64,000 nt of DNA from a virus (lineage: Duplodnaviria > Caudoviricetes): positions 1-64,000 of the IMG/VR virus record IMGVR_UViG_3300022917_000008. One strand, given 5' to 3'. The position numbers and the translations under genes are program-made. Within the stretch, counting starts at the first letter, position 1. Every line of letters begins with the position of its first letter. This document shows positions 48,443 to 56,315 of this stretch, in pieces. Under the pieces are notes generated by a model. It saw only the letters and a program-made list of their open reading frames with translations, was not told the origin of the DNA and made no database searches.

Positions 48443-48990
48443 GACACAGTTTTTGCTTGTCCAAACAGTAGTTGGTCTAGATGATCCTGCATTTCCCTGT
48501 ATTCATTCCCTAGTTGCATCTCACTGAGGAACTGATTGTGCTCCCTCATGTGCATACTAAGCTTGCTGTTCTTGAACATGACACCATGCCTTACATTGGC
48601 TATCTTGTCACAAAGCTTGACAAACTTAGCACCAGGAGTTTCCCTTATGTTCTGCCAGTATATAGGTGGATGTCTTTCATTCCTATTCCTACCAGGATAC
48701 TCAGTAACAGCTAGAATGACTTCAGCTACCCATATAGCATCTTCATTAGTGTGTCCTTCAAGCAGGCTAATGTGTTGAATCACATCACTGTAGTTGGTTC
48801 TTGCATCTTCATACAGGTCATGGCCTGCAATGGCATACCTGTACCTCCAAAACTCTGCTTTGGGCACCAGATGTTGGAACTCCTTAGCTACTTGTAAGGC
48901 AAGCCTCAGATGATACTCATAAGGCAGATAGTCCTCATACATGTGATTTGTTATCTCATGCCTGTGAATGGCCCATGTCACAAAGTCCAT
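48439..48990 (-). CDS. HD-domain protein, SpoT/Mesh1-like (p)ppGpp hydrolase family
   Basis: PYEYHL, GHDLYED, V.AVTE, VKLCDKIAN; start moved to the ATG at 48990 because the upstream GTG lies inside motif RNA 9. Confidence 0.8.
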   Translation of the reverse strand: MDFVTWAIHRHEITNHMYEDYLPYEYHLRLALQVAKEFQHLVPKAEFWRYRYAIAGHDLYEDARTNYSDVIQHISLLEGHTNEDAIWVAEVILAVTEYPGRNRNERHPPIYWQNIRETPGAKFVKLCDKIANVRHGVMFKNSKLSMHMREHNQFLSEMQLGNEYREMQDHLDQLLFGQAKTVS

Positions 48991-49016
48991 AAATGGTTGT
49001 TTTAAGGTTAAAAATA

Positions 49017-49129
49017 AGCTCACTAATTCTTTTTTTGGCACACCTAGGGGGATTGGATACCCCCACTTCCAGGGCTAGCCTGGCGTCTTATTTAGACTAT
49101 AGATATAAGTAAAGTATTCTAAGTGAGCT
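49017..49129 (-). ncRNA. Motif RNA 9: complete CCA-ending tRNA-like cloverleaf enclosed by the motif stem
   Basis: AGCTCACTTAGAAT..ATATCTA-TA-GTCT-AAATA-AGAC-G-CCAGG-CTAGC-CCTGG-AAGT-GGGGG-TATCCAAT-CCCCC-TAGGTGT-G-CCA..TTAGTGAGCT. Confidence 0.75.
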
Positions 49130-49153
49130 GTTGATATGCATGATACTATGTAG

Positions 49154-49260
49154 GGGGGAAGGTGGGATTTGAACCCACTATTACAAAAACCAAATTTTGC
49201 TTTTTACCAATGTTTGAAGGTATTCTAAGAGGTCAACCTCTAACAAGATTAACTTCCCCC
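49154..49260 (-). ncRNA. Motif RNA 10: tRNA-like RNA with the motif hairpin in the D-arm region
   Basis: GGGGAAG/CTTCCCC, TTAG-AGG-TTGA-CCT-CTTAGAAT, CAAAA-TTTGGT-TTTTG, GTGGG-TTCAAAT-CCCAC. Confidence 0.7.
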
Positions 49261-49475
49261 ATTTAGACCCTTCTGGTGGGTCAGCCCGTCCATTCAATGC
49301 CTTTCTGGTATATGTCTCACCACCCTGCTTCCAGTTGCACATACTGTATTGAGTGTAGTCTATTGTGGCGACCCAATACTATGTGAGGCAAAGAGATTCC
49401 ACCTCCTCCTGGACTAGGACTGGAGGTCATTTTGCAGAGTACCACCGTCCAAAAGTACACGTACAGTGTGAACCT

Positions 49476-50057
49476 TTATCTTTGTCTTTGAGTCTGCCTC
49501 AAAGGTACTTTTAGTGCCTCATCATACATCTTAGACAAGTCATTAATGTGTATATGAGCACTAATGCCCCAGTTACCATTAACCCTTAATGTAAGATACT
49601 CACTCTTCAGCCAATCAGGGAACTCCATATTACCCCTTGTCTTATTACACTTCTTGCATGCACTAATAAGGTTCTCTTCAACTGAAGCACCCATCTTCTC
49701 CCAAAGGACAATATGGTCTACAGTCAAGGGTACTTGGTTATTACCACAATACTGACAAGTGTAGTTGTCTCTCCTGAATACATTCCAGGATATAGTTTGT
49801 TCAATGTTTCTTTGAGACTTTCTAAGTACTACCTTGTTGAGTCCCATAACCCCCAATGTATCAAGCTGATACAAGAGGGTCTTCCACTCTTCATGAGTGG
49901 GTTGTATGATGGATAGAGGTACTAGACCAGTCTCTGGAAAAAGCATTAGTTCTGCTTCCTGTCCATTAGCCAGTAACATACCACTTATCTCTAGCTTATC
50001 ACCATACTTCAATAACTCCTCTGGCCTAAATGGCCCAGTCAAATTCTTCATAGACAC
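49476..50057 (-). CDS. HNH endonuclease
   Basis: RRDNYTCQYCG...TVDHI...NLISACKKCNKTRG. Confidence 0.9.
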   Translation of the reverse strand: MSMKNLTGPFRPEELLKYGDKLEISGMLLANGQEAELMLFPETGLVPLSIIQPTHEEWKTLLYQLDTLGVMGLNKVVLRKSQRNIEQTISWNVFRRDNYTCQYCGNNQVPLTVDHIVLWEKMGASVEENLISACKKCNKTRGNMEFPDWLKSEYLTLRVNGNWGISAHIHINDLSKMYDEALKVPLRQTQRQR

Positions 50058-50073
50058 AGTTTGTTTAGAGTAG

Positions 50074-50179
50074 CTGGGGAACCCATATTGCTATGGGCAC
50101 TTGGATTTGGACTCCAAGGTTCAGTGTAATGTTATTCTAAGTAAGGAAGGGTCTTACTAACACTTAATGAATTCCCCAG
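50074..50179 (-). ncRNA. Motif RNA 11: cloverleaf with a motif arm, Trp(CCA)-like anticodon arm and GNRA arm
   Basis: CTGGGGAA/TTCCCCAG, TTAG-TAAG-ACCCTTC-CTTA-CTTAGAAT, TTGGA-GTCCAAA-TCCAA, CCCATA-GCAA-TATGGG. Confidence 0.7.
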
Positions 50180-50193
50180 TTTCCCTGATTGTT

Positions 50194-50265
50194 GTTTGGT
50201 GACAGTCACTAATATCTTAAAACCATATCTAAGTTGTTGTGTTTATTCTAAGTGTACTACCAAAC
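50194..50265 (-). ncRNA. Motif RNA 12: minimal Y-like RNA
   Basis: GTTTGGT-AGTACACTTAGAAT...TTAGTGACT..ACCAAAC. Confidence 0.65.
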
Positions 50266-50275
50266 AAAAAAGAAG

Positions 50276-50476
50276 TTATATGCTTATCACATCAATGCCT
50301 ATTCCAATGAAGCCTGGTTCCAAGTCTTCTGCAAGCCTTTGGAACTCAGAGTGAACTGTTTGGCCCTTCTTGCCAATTCCAACAAAGGAGTCACTGACTG
50401 TAACATTGCGAAGTGGTATCTTTTTGATAGTACCCTTCACTTCAATTCTCTTAAATATCACCAGTTTCTTTGGCAT
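50276..50476 (-). CDS. Small hypothetical protein
   Basis: ORF track. Confidence 0.55.
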   Translation of the reverse strand: MPKKLVIFKRIEVKGTIKKIPLRNVTVSDSFVGIGKKGQTVHSEFQRLAEDLEPGFIGIGIDVISI

Positions 50477-50482
50477 AAAACA

Positions 50483-50983
50483 TTAATCCTCATCATCATC
50501 AAAGTCCTTCAGTCCAGCAAGTTCTGCTTCAGCCCTTGCTCTTTGCTCCTGTGGTGTAAGAGCAGCCTCAATACTCTTGTGTAGGTCCTTAGCCCTTGCT
50601 CTCTTGTCATGAGCATAGGCATCCCAGTTCTTCTTCCTGATGGTGAGCCTGAAGAATGTCAACCATTTCTCAGCCTCCACCTTGTTGATCATCAGTTCCC
50701 CAGTGTTGCTAAACTCAGGATCATGATTGGCTGCAGCCCCTTTCAGTGCTGATGCCATCTTCTGCAGGCTGGCCACATTTGCTGCACAAAGGTCCTGCAC
50801 AGTCATTGGGGATGCTTGCCCAAATGTCCTTGTGGCAGGATATGTGATATTCCTATCCACACACATACCAATGAAGGCATACCTCTGCTGAGTTTCTTCT
50901 GCAGTCAGTTTGGCTGGCAGCCCTGGCTTAACAGGAACTGGGGCCTGAGCTACAGGTGTAGCATTTGCTTGTCCATCATTCAT
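50483..50983 (-). CDS. Hypothetical protein
   Basis: ORF track. Confidence 0.7.
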   Translation of the reverse strand: MNDGQANATPVAQAPVPVKPGLPAKLTAEETQQRYAFIGMCVDRNITYPATRTFGQASPMTVQDLCAANVASLQKMASALKGAAANHDPEFSNTGELMINKVEAEKWLTFFRLTIRKKNWDAYAHDKRARAKDLHKSIEAALTPQEQRARAEAELAGLKDFDDDED

Positions 50984-51044
50984 TTTATTCAGATTTTGAT
51001 TGTTTCAAAAACAAGGGGAGGACCATTCTCACCCTCCCCTTTAT

Positions 51045-52724
51045 TCAACTTTTGTTAAACAAGTACAGAGTACCTGCAGTCAGACATAATATGCCTGAGT
51101 TGCAGATTCTGAGTACTGACTGCTCAGTCACAAACCTACATGCTATAGTTGCTATCTTTGCAAGGTCAGACTTTCTGTATACATCCATAGCACCATTTGT
51201 TGGTATGTATAGATGGTCTCCTCTTTCAGCAATGATACACATCCCATTTAGCTTCGGGCCCAACTCTACTCTCATACCCTTGACAGCAAATAAGAAGTGC
51301 TCTACTTGGCTGCCCAATTTACTCTCAATGACACCATATTTACCACTAGGGCATAAATACACATCAGTTGCATTAGTAGCTGTTCTCAGTGTTGTCATAT
51401 GACCCAACGAGATGTCAATGATAAACTTACTACCAACTACAGTCTGGACTATGCCAGTTTGCACCACAACTGATTTAGTGTAGATAGAACCCATTGTAGA
51501 GGATATGTGTCCATTGAGGATTTGGTCTACTGCAATAATAATGAAGGAATCACTTCCACTATCAAAGTATATGCTCTTCCCATTACTTGTGTGACCAAAT
51601 GAACCTGATGGGATGAGAAAGTTCTTCACTTCCTCCTCTCCTTGTTGGGTGCAATTGTAGAGTTTACTGTACCTTGTTATTACAACATTGGTATTACCGA
51701 GGATACATCCTTCAGCCTTAGTTGATACATGGTGCTTAGCATATGCACCTGGGCCTGTACTTCTGTAGATTGTGAATGTATCAGTATCTTTCCTTGTGTA
51801 GAAGAAGCTGTCTGTTGCATCAAAGTCTTCCACATCAAGATTGATTGTTCTTACTGTAAGCTCACCTTCCTTAATAGCCTGTATGAATGAGGATACTTTG
51901 CCTACTGGTACATGAGCATTAGTATATACTCCTCCACTCACATTAGGCACAAACCTCTCAGCATCCTGGAATATCTTAATGAACTGGTCAGTGACTCTTC
52001 TGTCACTAAATGGTTCATAGAATGCAGGGATTACCAAATCAGGATCATTTGATAATACTGAGATTTTCCTGATCACTCTGTCCTCAAACTTCTGTACCTT
52101 CCTGTGTATACCCTTGTAAGGGTGTAGATGAGTGAACATCTGGAAGACCATAACTGAAAGTGCATAGTAATCAGACTTGTCATCAATGTGGTTGTACAAC
52201 CAATCCCTTATCTCAGGCAACATCACACCTGAGTGTGGTCTGCTCTTAGTCTGGAATGAGTCCACATCAATGAAATAGACCTCAGCCTTGTTGGACACAA
52301 ATATGTTATAGGGGTTGAAGTCCCCTATCACAATGCCCAACTTATGTGCCTGGATCATGCTGGCTATCATACCAGCATATATATCTTGCTTGACCTTCTC
52401 TGTGAACCCTGCCTTAGTTGCAGTGGGCTTAGAGAAGATAGTTGCAAGTAGGTGCAGTTTATGAGTATCTAAGTACTTCATAGACAGACCTTTAAGAAAA
52501 CCTTGTTTGTCGTAAAACAACTCCAATGGCTTAATGAAGTTGTCAGGGAGTACCATAAGCTCCTGCAGTGTCTGTAGGGATAGATTGCCTCTCTGGTGAT
52601 ACACTTTGATGACTTGATGGGAATCTTTTGGATGCTCATACAATGTACCTTCACCCCCTCTATTGATCTCCTTGTTTGTATCAACAGACAAAGCTATCTT
52701 CCCATAACCATCATATAGTGTCAT
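51045..52724 (-). CDS. Ser/Thr protein kinase (TerY-P triad type)
   Basis: RGGEGTLY, VIKVY, IGDFNPYNI, FIDVDS, D.YAL, HPYKG. Confidence 0.9.
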   Translation of the reverse strand: MTLYDGYGKIALSVDTNKEINRGGEGTLYEHPKDSHQVIKVYHQRGNLSLQTLQELMVLPDNFIKPLELFYDKQGFLKGLSMKYLDTHKLHLLATIFSKPTATKAGFTEKVKQDIYAGMIASMIQAHKLGIVIGDFNPYNIFVSNKAEVYFIDVDSFQTKSRPHSGVMLPEIRDWLYNHIDDKSDYYALSVMVFQMFTHLHPYKGIHRKVQKFEDRVIRKISVLSNDPDLVIPAFYEPFSDRRVTDQFIKIFQDAERFVPNVSGGVYTNAHVPVGKVSSFIQAIKEGELTVRTINLDVEDFDATDSFFYTRKDTDTFTIYRSTGPGAYAKHHVSTKAEGCILGNTNVVITRYSKLYNCTQQGEEEVKNFLIPSGSFGHTSNGKSIYFDSGSDSFIIIAVDQILNGHISSTMGSIYTKSVVVQTGIVQTVVGSKFIIDISLGHMTTLRTATNATDVYLCPSGKYGVIESKLGSQVEHFLFAVKGMRVELGPKLNGMCIIAERGDHLYIPTNGAMDVYRKSDLAKIATIACRFVTEQSVLRICNSGILCLTAGTLYLFNKS

Positions 52725-53436
52725 ACCTTATGATTGTCAGATCATCATTGAGTGTCATGCCTTCCTTGCTCATTATAGTAATCTTGCGATTCAACATAGT
52801 GTTGATATGCATCTGGTCTTTGTTCTCCAATAAGAAGCTAATGCACTCTTCCAATGGTCTGTGGGCATGCTTAATAGCATCAATCCCATCAGTACATATG
52901 GACCAGTTCCTAACTCCTGTATAGAAGAATCCAGGCCTACCAGCAAATATAGAAGGACTAGGGTCTTCTTCCTCAATGTATGCAATGTAACTAGGGGCAT
53001 TATCCTCTCCTGAAGTCACCCTTTCATACTCTCCATCCACATATAACATACCATCTCCTAAGAACTTGACTGCCAGACTCTTAGTTTCAGTGTTGTATAT
53101 GGCAAGGACTACAGTAGAAAGAGATTCAAGGATGGTCAGTCCACTTACTTCTCTTAGGGACGCTGCATAGGTACATAGGACAGCACACAAGTCATCCAGA
53201 ACCCCTACCTGGCTCTTAAATCCCTTGGACATACTTTGCTCACACAGGAACCAAGATGTCTGTATTGTCCTCCTAAGGGCATATGCATGCATTTGGGATG
53301 CATAGTGGGACCTAATCCCATCACTACACCCATCAAACACTGCAGCAATGACCCAAGGCCCTCTTTGCTCTAAATGGTAAGCATCCTCACAAAAGTCCTG
53401 ATGGGTTGTTGCCCTCTTGTTCAGTACATGGATCAT
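52711..53436 (-). CDS. PP2C-like phosphatase
   Basis: CEDA, VFDGCS, GDG, CTDG, DDLTI. Confidence 0.9.
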   Translation of the reverse strand: MIHVLNKRATTHQDFCEDAYHLEQRGPWVIAAVFDGCSDGIRSHYASQMHAYALRRTIQTSWFLCEQSMSKGFKSQVGVLDDLCAVLCTYAASLREVSGLTILESLSTVVLAIYNTETKSLAVKFLGDGMLYVDGEYERVTSGEDNAPSYIAYIEEEDPSPSIFAGRPGFFYTGVRNWSICTDGIDAIKHAHRPLEECISFLLENKDQMHINTMLNRKITIMSKEGMTLNDDLTIIRYDTI

Positions 53437-53603
53437 TTAAGTGTTTTTTGTAAATCTTCAATCACTCCCCTAGCCTTATGGTAGGGGCAATTCTGCCTCT
53501 CATAATACCTCCCAAACATAAAGGCTATGAAAGCTATCCCCAGTGTAACCACAACTGTGGATAGTTGTTTAAGCACCCACCCAGGTTCTTGGTTAGCTGC
53601 CAT
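53433..53603 (-). CDS. Small single-TM protein (56 aa, MAANQEPGW...)
   Basis: Read by hand; overlaps the stop/start of both flanking genes. Confidence 0.6.
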   Translation of the reverse strand: MAANQEPGWVLKQLSTVVVTLGIAFIAFMFGRYYERQNCPYHKARGVIEDLQKTLK

Positions 53604-54298
53604 TAGAATGCAATTGTTTGGTTAGAGGCAGATTTGCTTACAGAAGCACTGATGAAGCCAATCATCTTCCTAATCTCCTTACCACTCTGGCCTACCACAG
53701 CAAGATGCTTGAAGTGCATATCCTGCTGTGCCTTGGTGAATGAAGAAGCATTATTACCTACACCAAAGAGTATGGTGTCAAAGGCCATAATGTTCCTTTC
53801 TTCCTTGGCCAGGTTATCCAGAATACTGGCTACTTCACTGGCCCTAGTAGAAGACACATTGTTCTCACCATCAGTGATGACAAAGATCAGTACCTTCACA
53901 TTGATGCCAGTCTTTTCCAGCTGCTCCCTGTATTCCACAGTGGATTCCAGTGCCTTCTTGGCACCTGCAAACAGTGCAGTGGAACCATCCCTGGGCTTGA
54001 AGTGCATTGCCCTGGGGTCCAACTGAGAAATGGGAACATATCCACTCTTCTCATAGACCTTTTCCCCAAACTCAAGCACTTTGATCATGATTCTGGGAGC
54101 TACATGAGACTTCTGCATTTCCTCAGTGAATGTGGAGAATGCCTCATTGAGTTCCTTCTCAAAGCCCTGTACTGAGCCTGATATGTCCATGGCAACACAC
54201 ATGAGGATGATCTCATCTTCCTGTACGTTGCTTGGATCAAAGTTGGTGATGGTGTAACCTGTACCCATCATACCAAAGTCATATTCTTGTGTGTTCAT
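53603..54298 (-). CDS. TerY-like vWA protein
   Basis: MDISGSV MIDAS motif, GSTALF, VITDGE, GVG. Confidence 0.85.
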   Translation of the reverse strand: MNTQEYDFGMMGTGYTITNFDPSNVQEDEIILMCVAMDISGSVQGFEKELNEAFSTFTEEMQKSHVAPRIMIKVLEFGEKVYEKSGYVPISQLDPRAMHFKPRDGSTALFAGAKKALESTVEYREQLEKTGINVKVLIFVITDGENNVSSTRASEVASILDNLAKEERNIMAFDTILFGVGNNASSFTKAQQDMHFKHLAVVGQSGKEIRKMIGFISASVSKSASNQTIAF

Positions 54299-54393
54299 TT
54301 GCTTCTTTTGTTTGGCTAAATTAACCTTGTTTCAAATTCCCAATCATGGTCCTTAATCCATTGAAACTTTCTGGGACTAACCCCAGGGTTTCT

Positions 54394-55224
54394 TCAGACA
54401 GTTGCTAGCACATTGTCTGTGCTCTTGACAAACTGTACACCTGCAGCTTTGGCTTTGTTCCAGATGTCATTCACTGCAGTGTAGAATCCAGGCGGCAATC
54501 CAGGCACATCAGACATACAGTCCTCCATCACAAATATCTTGGGTGCCAACTGGGGCACTTCTGTGATGGCTTGGCGTAGTGAATTCACCACACAATGGCT
54601 CTTGGCTTCACCTGCCAGAAACACCCTCTCATATTCCATGAGTGTTTTGATGAGTGGTTGGTTGAACTGTGTCTTGGGGTCCCTAGGTATCTCAATGTTT
54701 GCCCTGAAGATACCAAAGTGTTCTGTGTACTGGTTGTCCCCCTTTGTGACGTAGTTCACAGGCTTGCCATTGCTGGATTCCCATTCACACACTGCCAGAT
54801 GGAGTGGTTTGTACAGAGCTGCACCTACAGAACCAATGAGGCAATGGTTAGGCCAGATGCAGTGAGTAAACTCACCTTGCTTCTCCAGTTCAGCCACATA
54901 GTCTATTGACCATGCAGGAGAGATACGAGGGGTGTACTTACCATCATTCAGGTCCTTGGGAGTGATGAGTGTAAATGGTGCTACAGGGCTACCATCTGCG
55001 TTCATCCACCAGCAGCTGTGTGCAATATCCAGAGGTCTGTGAGAATCCAGGCTCATGGAGATGTGATCTATCTCCTTGCTATTCTTCTGGATGAATGCAA
55101 CTACCCTGTCCATGTCCTTGGTTGCACCAGGTACTCCCAGTGCAGCTGTAAACTCAGGAGTAGCAATGTCCATGAAATCATTCTGACCATCAATGATCAA
55201 AAGAGCAATTCTTTTGTTGTTCAT
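54394..55224 (-). CDS. Nicotinamidase/isochorismatase-family cysteine hydrolase
   Basis: IIDGQNDF, DSH, WPNHC, KG, GEAKSHCV; true start MNNKRIALL at 55224. Confidence 0.9.
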   Translation of the reverse strand: MNNKRIALLIIDGQNDFMDIATPEFTAALGVPGATKDMDRVVAFIQKNSKEIDHISMSLDSHRPLDIAHSCWWMNADGSPVAPFTLITPKDLNDGKYTPRISPAWSIDYVAELEKQGEFTHCIWPNHCLIGSVGAALYKPLHLAVCEWESSNGKPVNYVTKGDNQYTEHFGIFRANIEIPRDPKTQFNQPLIKTLMEYERVFLAGEAKSHCVVNSLRQAITEVPQLAPKIFVMEDCMSDVPGLPPGFYTAVNDIWNKAKAAGVQFVKSTDNVLATV

Positions 55225-55251
55225 TTTATTTGTTTGGTTTAATGTATAAGA

Positions 55252-55510
55252 TACTGAGGAGTGTGTTGTTACACCAAATGCTCTGAGACTATTCCATGCC
55301 TCACATCTCCTAAGGAAATGGAACCTTAGGCTGCTTAACCTTCCATGTTTGACAGCATGGTATACATGGACCACGATTCATCTATGGAATATAAGTCCCC
55401 CACACCATTTGTTTGGAGATACTACCTATTACTAGGCTGTCCTTTCTCAAGACATTCCATTCGCAACTCATCATAGGATGGCTACTTCCAAGCCTACCTC
55501 CTCCTCAGTA
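55252..55510 (-). ncRNA. Structured RNA resembling the 23S rRNA L11-binding GTPase-associated centre (H43-H44) with a large insertion
   Basis: 10-bp terminal stem; GGAGGTAGGCTTGGAAGTAGCCATCCT...GTGTAACAACACACT. Confidence 0.7.
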
Positions 55511-55516
55511 ATAAGG

Positions 55517-55828
55517 TTACTCCATGTTGTGGATAGTGATGTCAGTACCCATAATGGTAACTGCAGACACCTTTTTCTTGTCCACCATGATGGTGGTGCC
55601 GTTACATGAGATGAGCATCTTGTTGGTGAGTTCAGACAGGTCCACTGTCTTCAGCGCTGGCTTAGCTGCAGCCTGTTTGTAGGAAGAACCAAGGTATCTC
55701 CTCATAGCCCTTATTGAGCCTGGGGTTGTACCCATTTCCTTAGCCAGCTGCTTGTCCCCTGATGGGTCTGCTGCCTGAATAGTGTCAATGTCTTGCTGTG
55801 TGAAGTCGAGATCATCATTCTTTTTCAT
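55517..55828 (-). CDS. Small HTH protein
   Basis: DKQLAKEMGTTPGSIRAMRR helix-turn-helix. Confidence 0.7.
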   Translation of the reverse strand: MKKNDDLDFTQQDIDTIQAADPSGDKQLAKEMGTTPGSIRAMRRYLGSSYKQAAAKPALKTVDLSELTNKMLISCNGTTIMVDKKKVSAVTIMGTDITIHNME

Positions 55829-55911
55829 TGTATGTTGTTTTTTGTTTGGCTTAATAAAGGAGGTCTTACATAGACATGCAAGGCCTGTAATTTATACCCT
55901 TAAACTAAAAG

Positions 55912-56315
55912 TGGAGGTGAGGGGAGTTGAACCCCTGTCCAACTTCAGTATCAATGTGTAGGAGTTTATATGCTTATCTGTGTTTGTCTTCTACAGTAGA
56001 ATAGTCAATTCACTTATCGCGTAGCACTGGGCAGAATTGACAATCACCACACTACTTTAGGTAGTGACTCTTTTGCTTTAGCTTATTAGGCAGCTATAGC
56101 TACACCTGTGTAAAGGCTTCTTACAGCCCCTTTGCTTCTGCTGTCACCAGCTTTGGCTACACTTGCTTTCAGCATAAATGCTGATTTACCTACTTTATTA
56201 GCAGATATTGTTCCGTCTCATTTGTTAGGTACATTACTGTACTTTAGGCCCTCATGACGCTTGGGCCTGCATAACTACCTATCAATACACAAAGCTGTCT
56301 AAACCTGGCACCCCC
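55912..56315 (-). ncRNA. ssrA: tmRNA
   Basis: 5' GGGGGTG..TTTAGAC; 3' GACAGGGGTTCAACTCCCCT-CACCTCC-A; G3:U70 Ala identity; internal ORF ending VAIAA-TAA-TAA. Confidence 0.9.

Noticed and set aside
43856-50265. CRISPR array or DNA direct-repeat interpretation of the ATTCTAAG repeats
   Set aside because: The conserved core is only 8 nt, spacing is irregular, the flanks covary as RNA stems, and no cas genes are present.
55225-55374. N-terminal extension of the nicotinamidase ORF given in the ORF track
   Set aside because: It overlaps the GAC-like RNA; the family-typical start MNNKRIALL at 55224 has an A-rich leader.
55252-55510. True rRNA gene or host contamination
   Set aside because: Only the H43-H44 segment is similar; it is interrupted by a long insert and embedded between phage genes.
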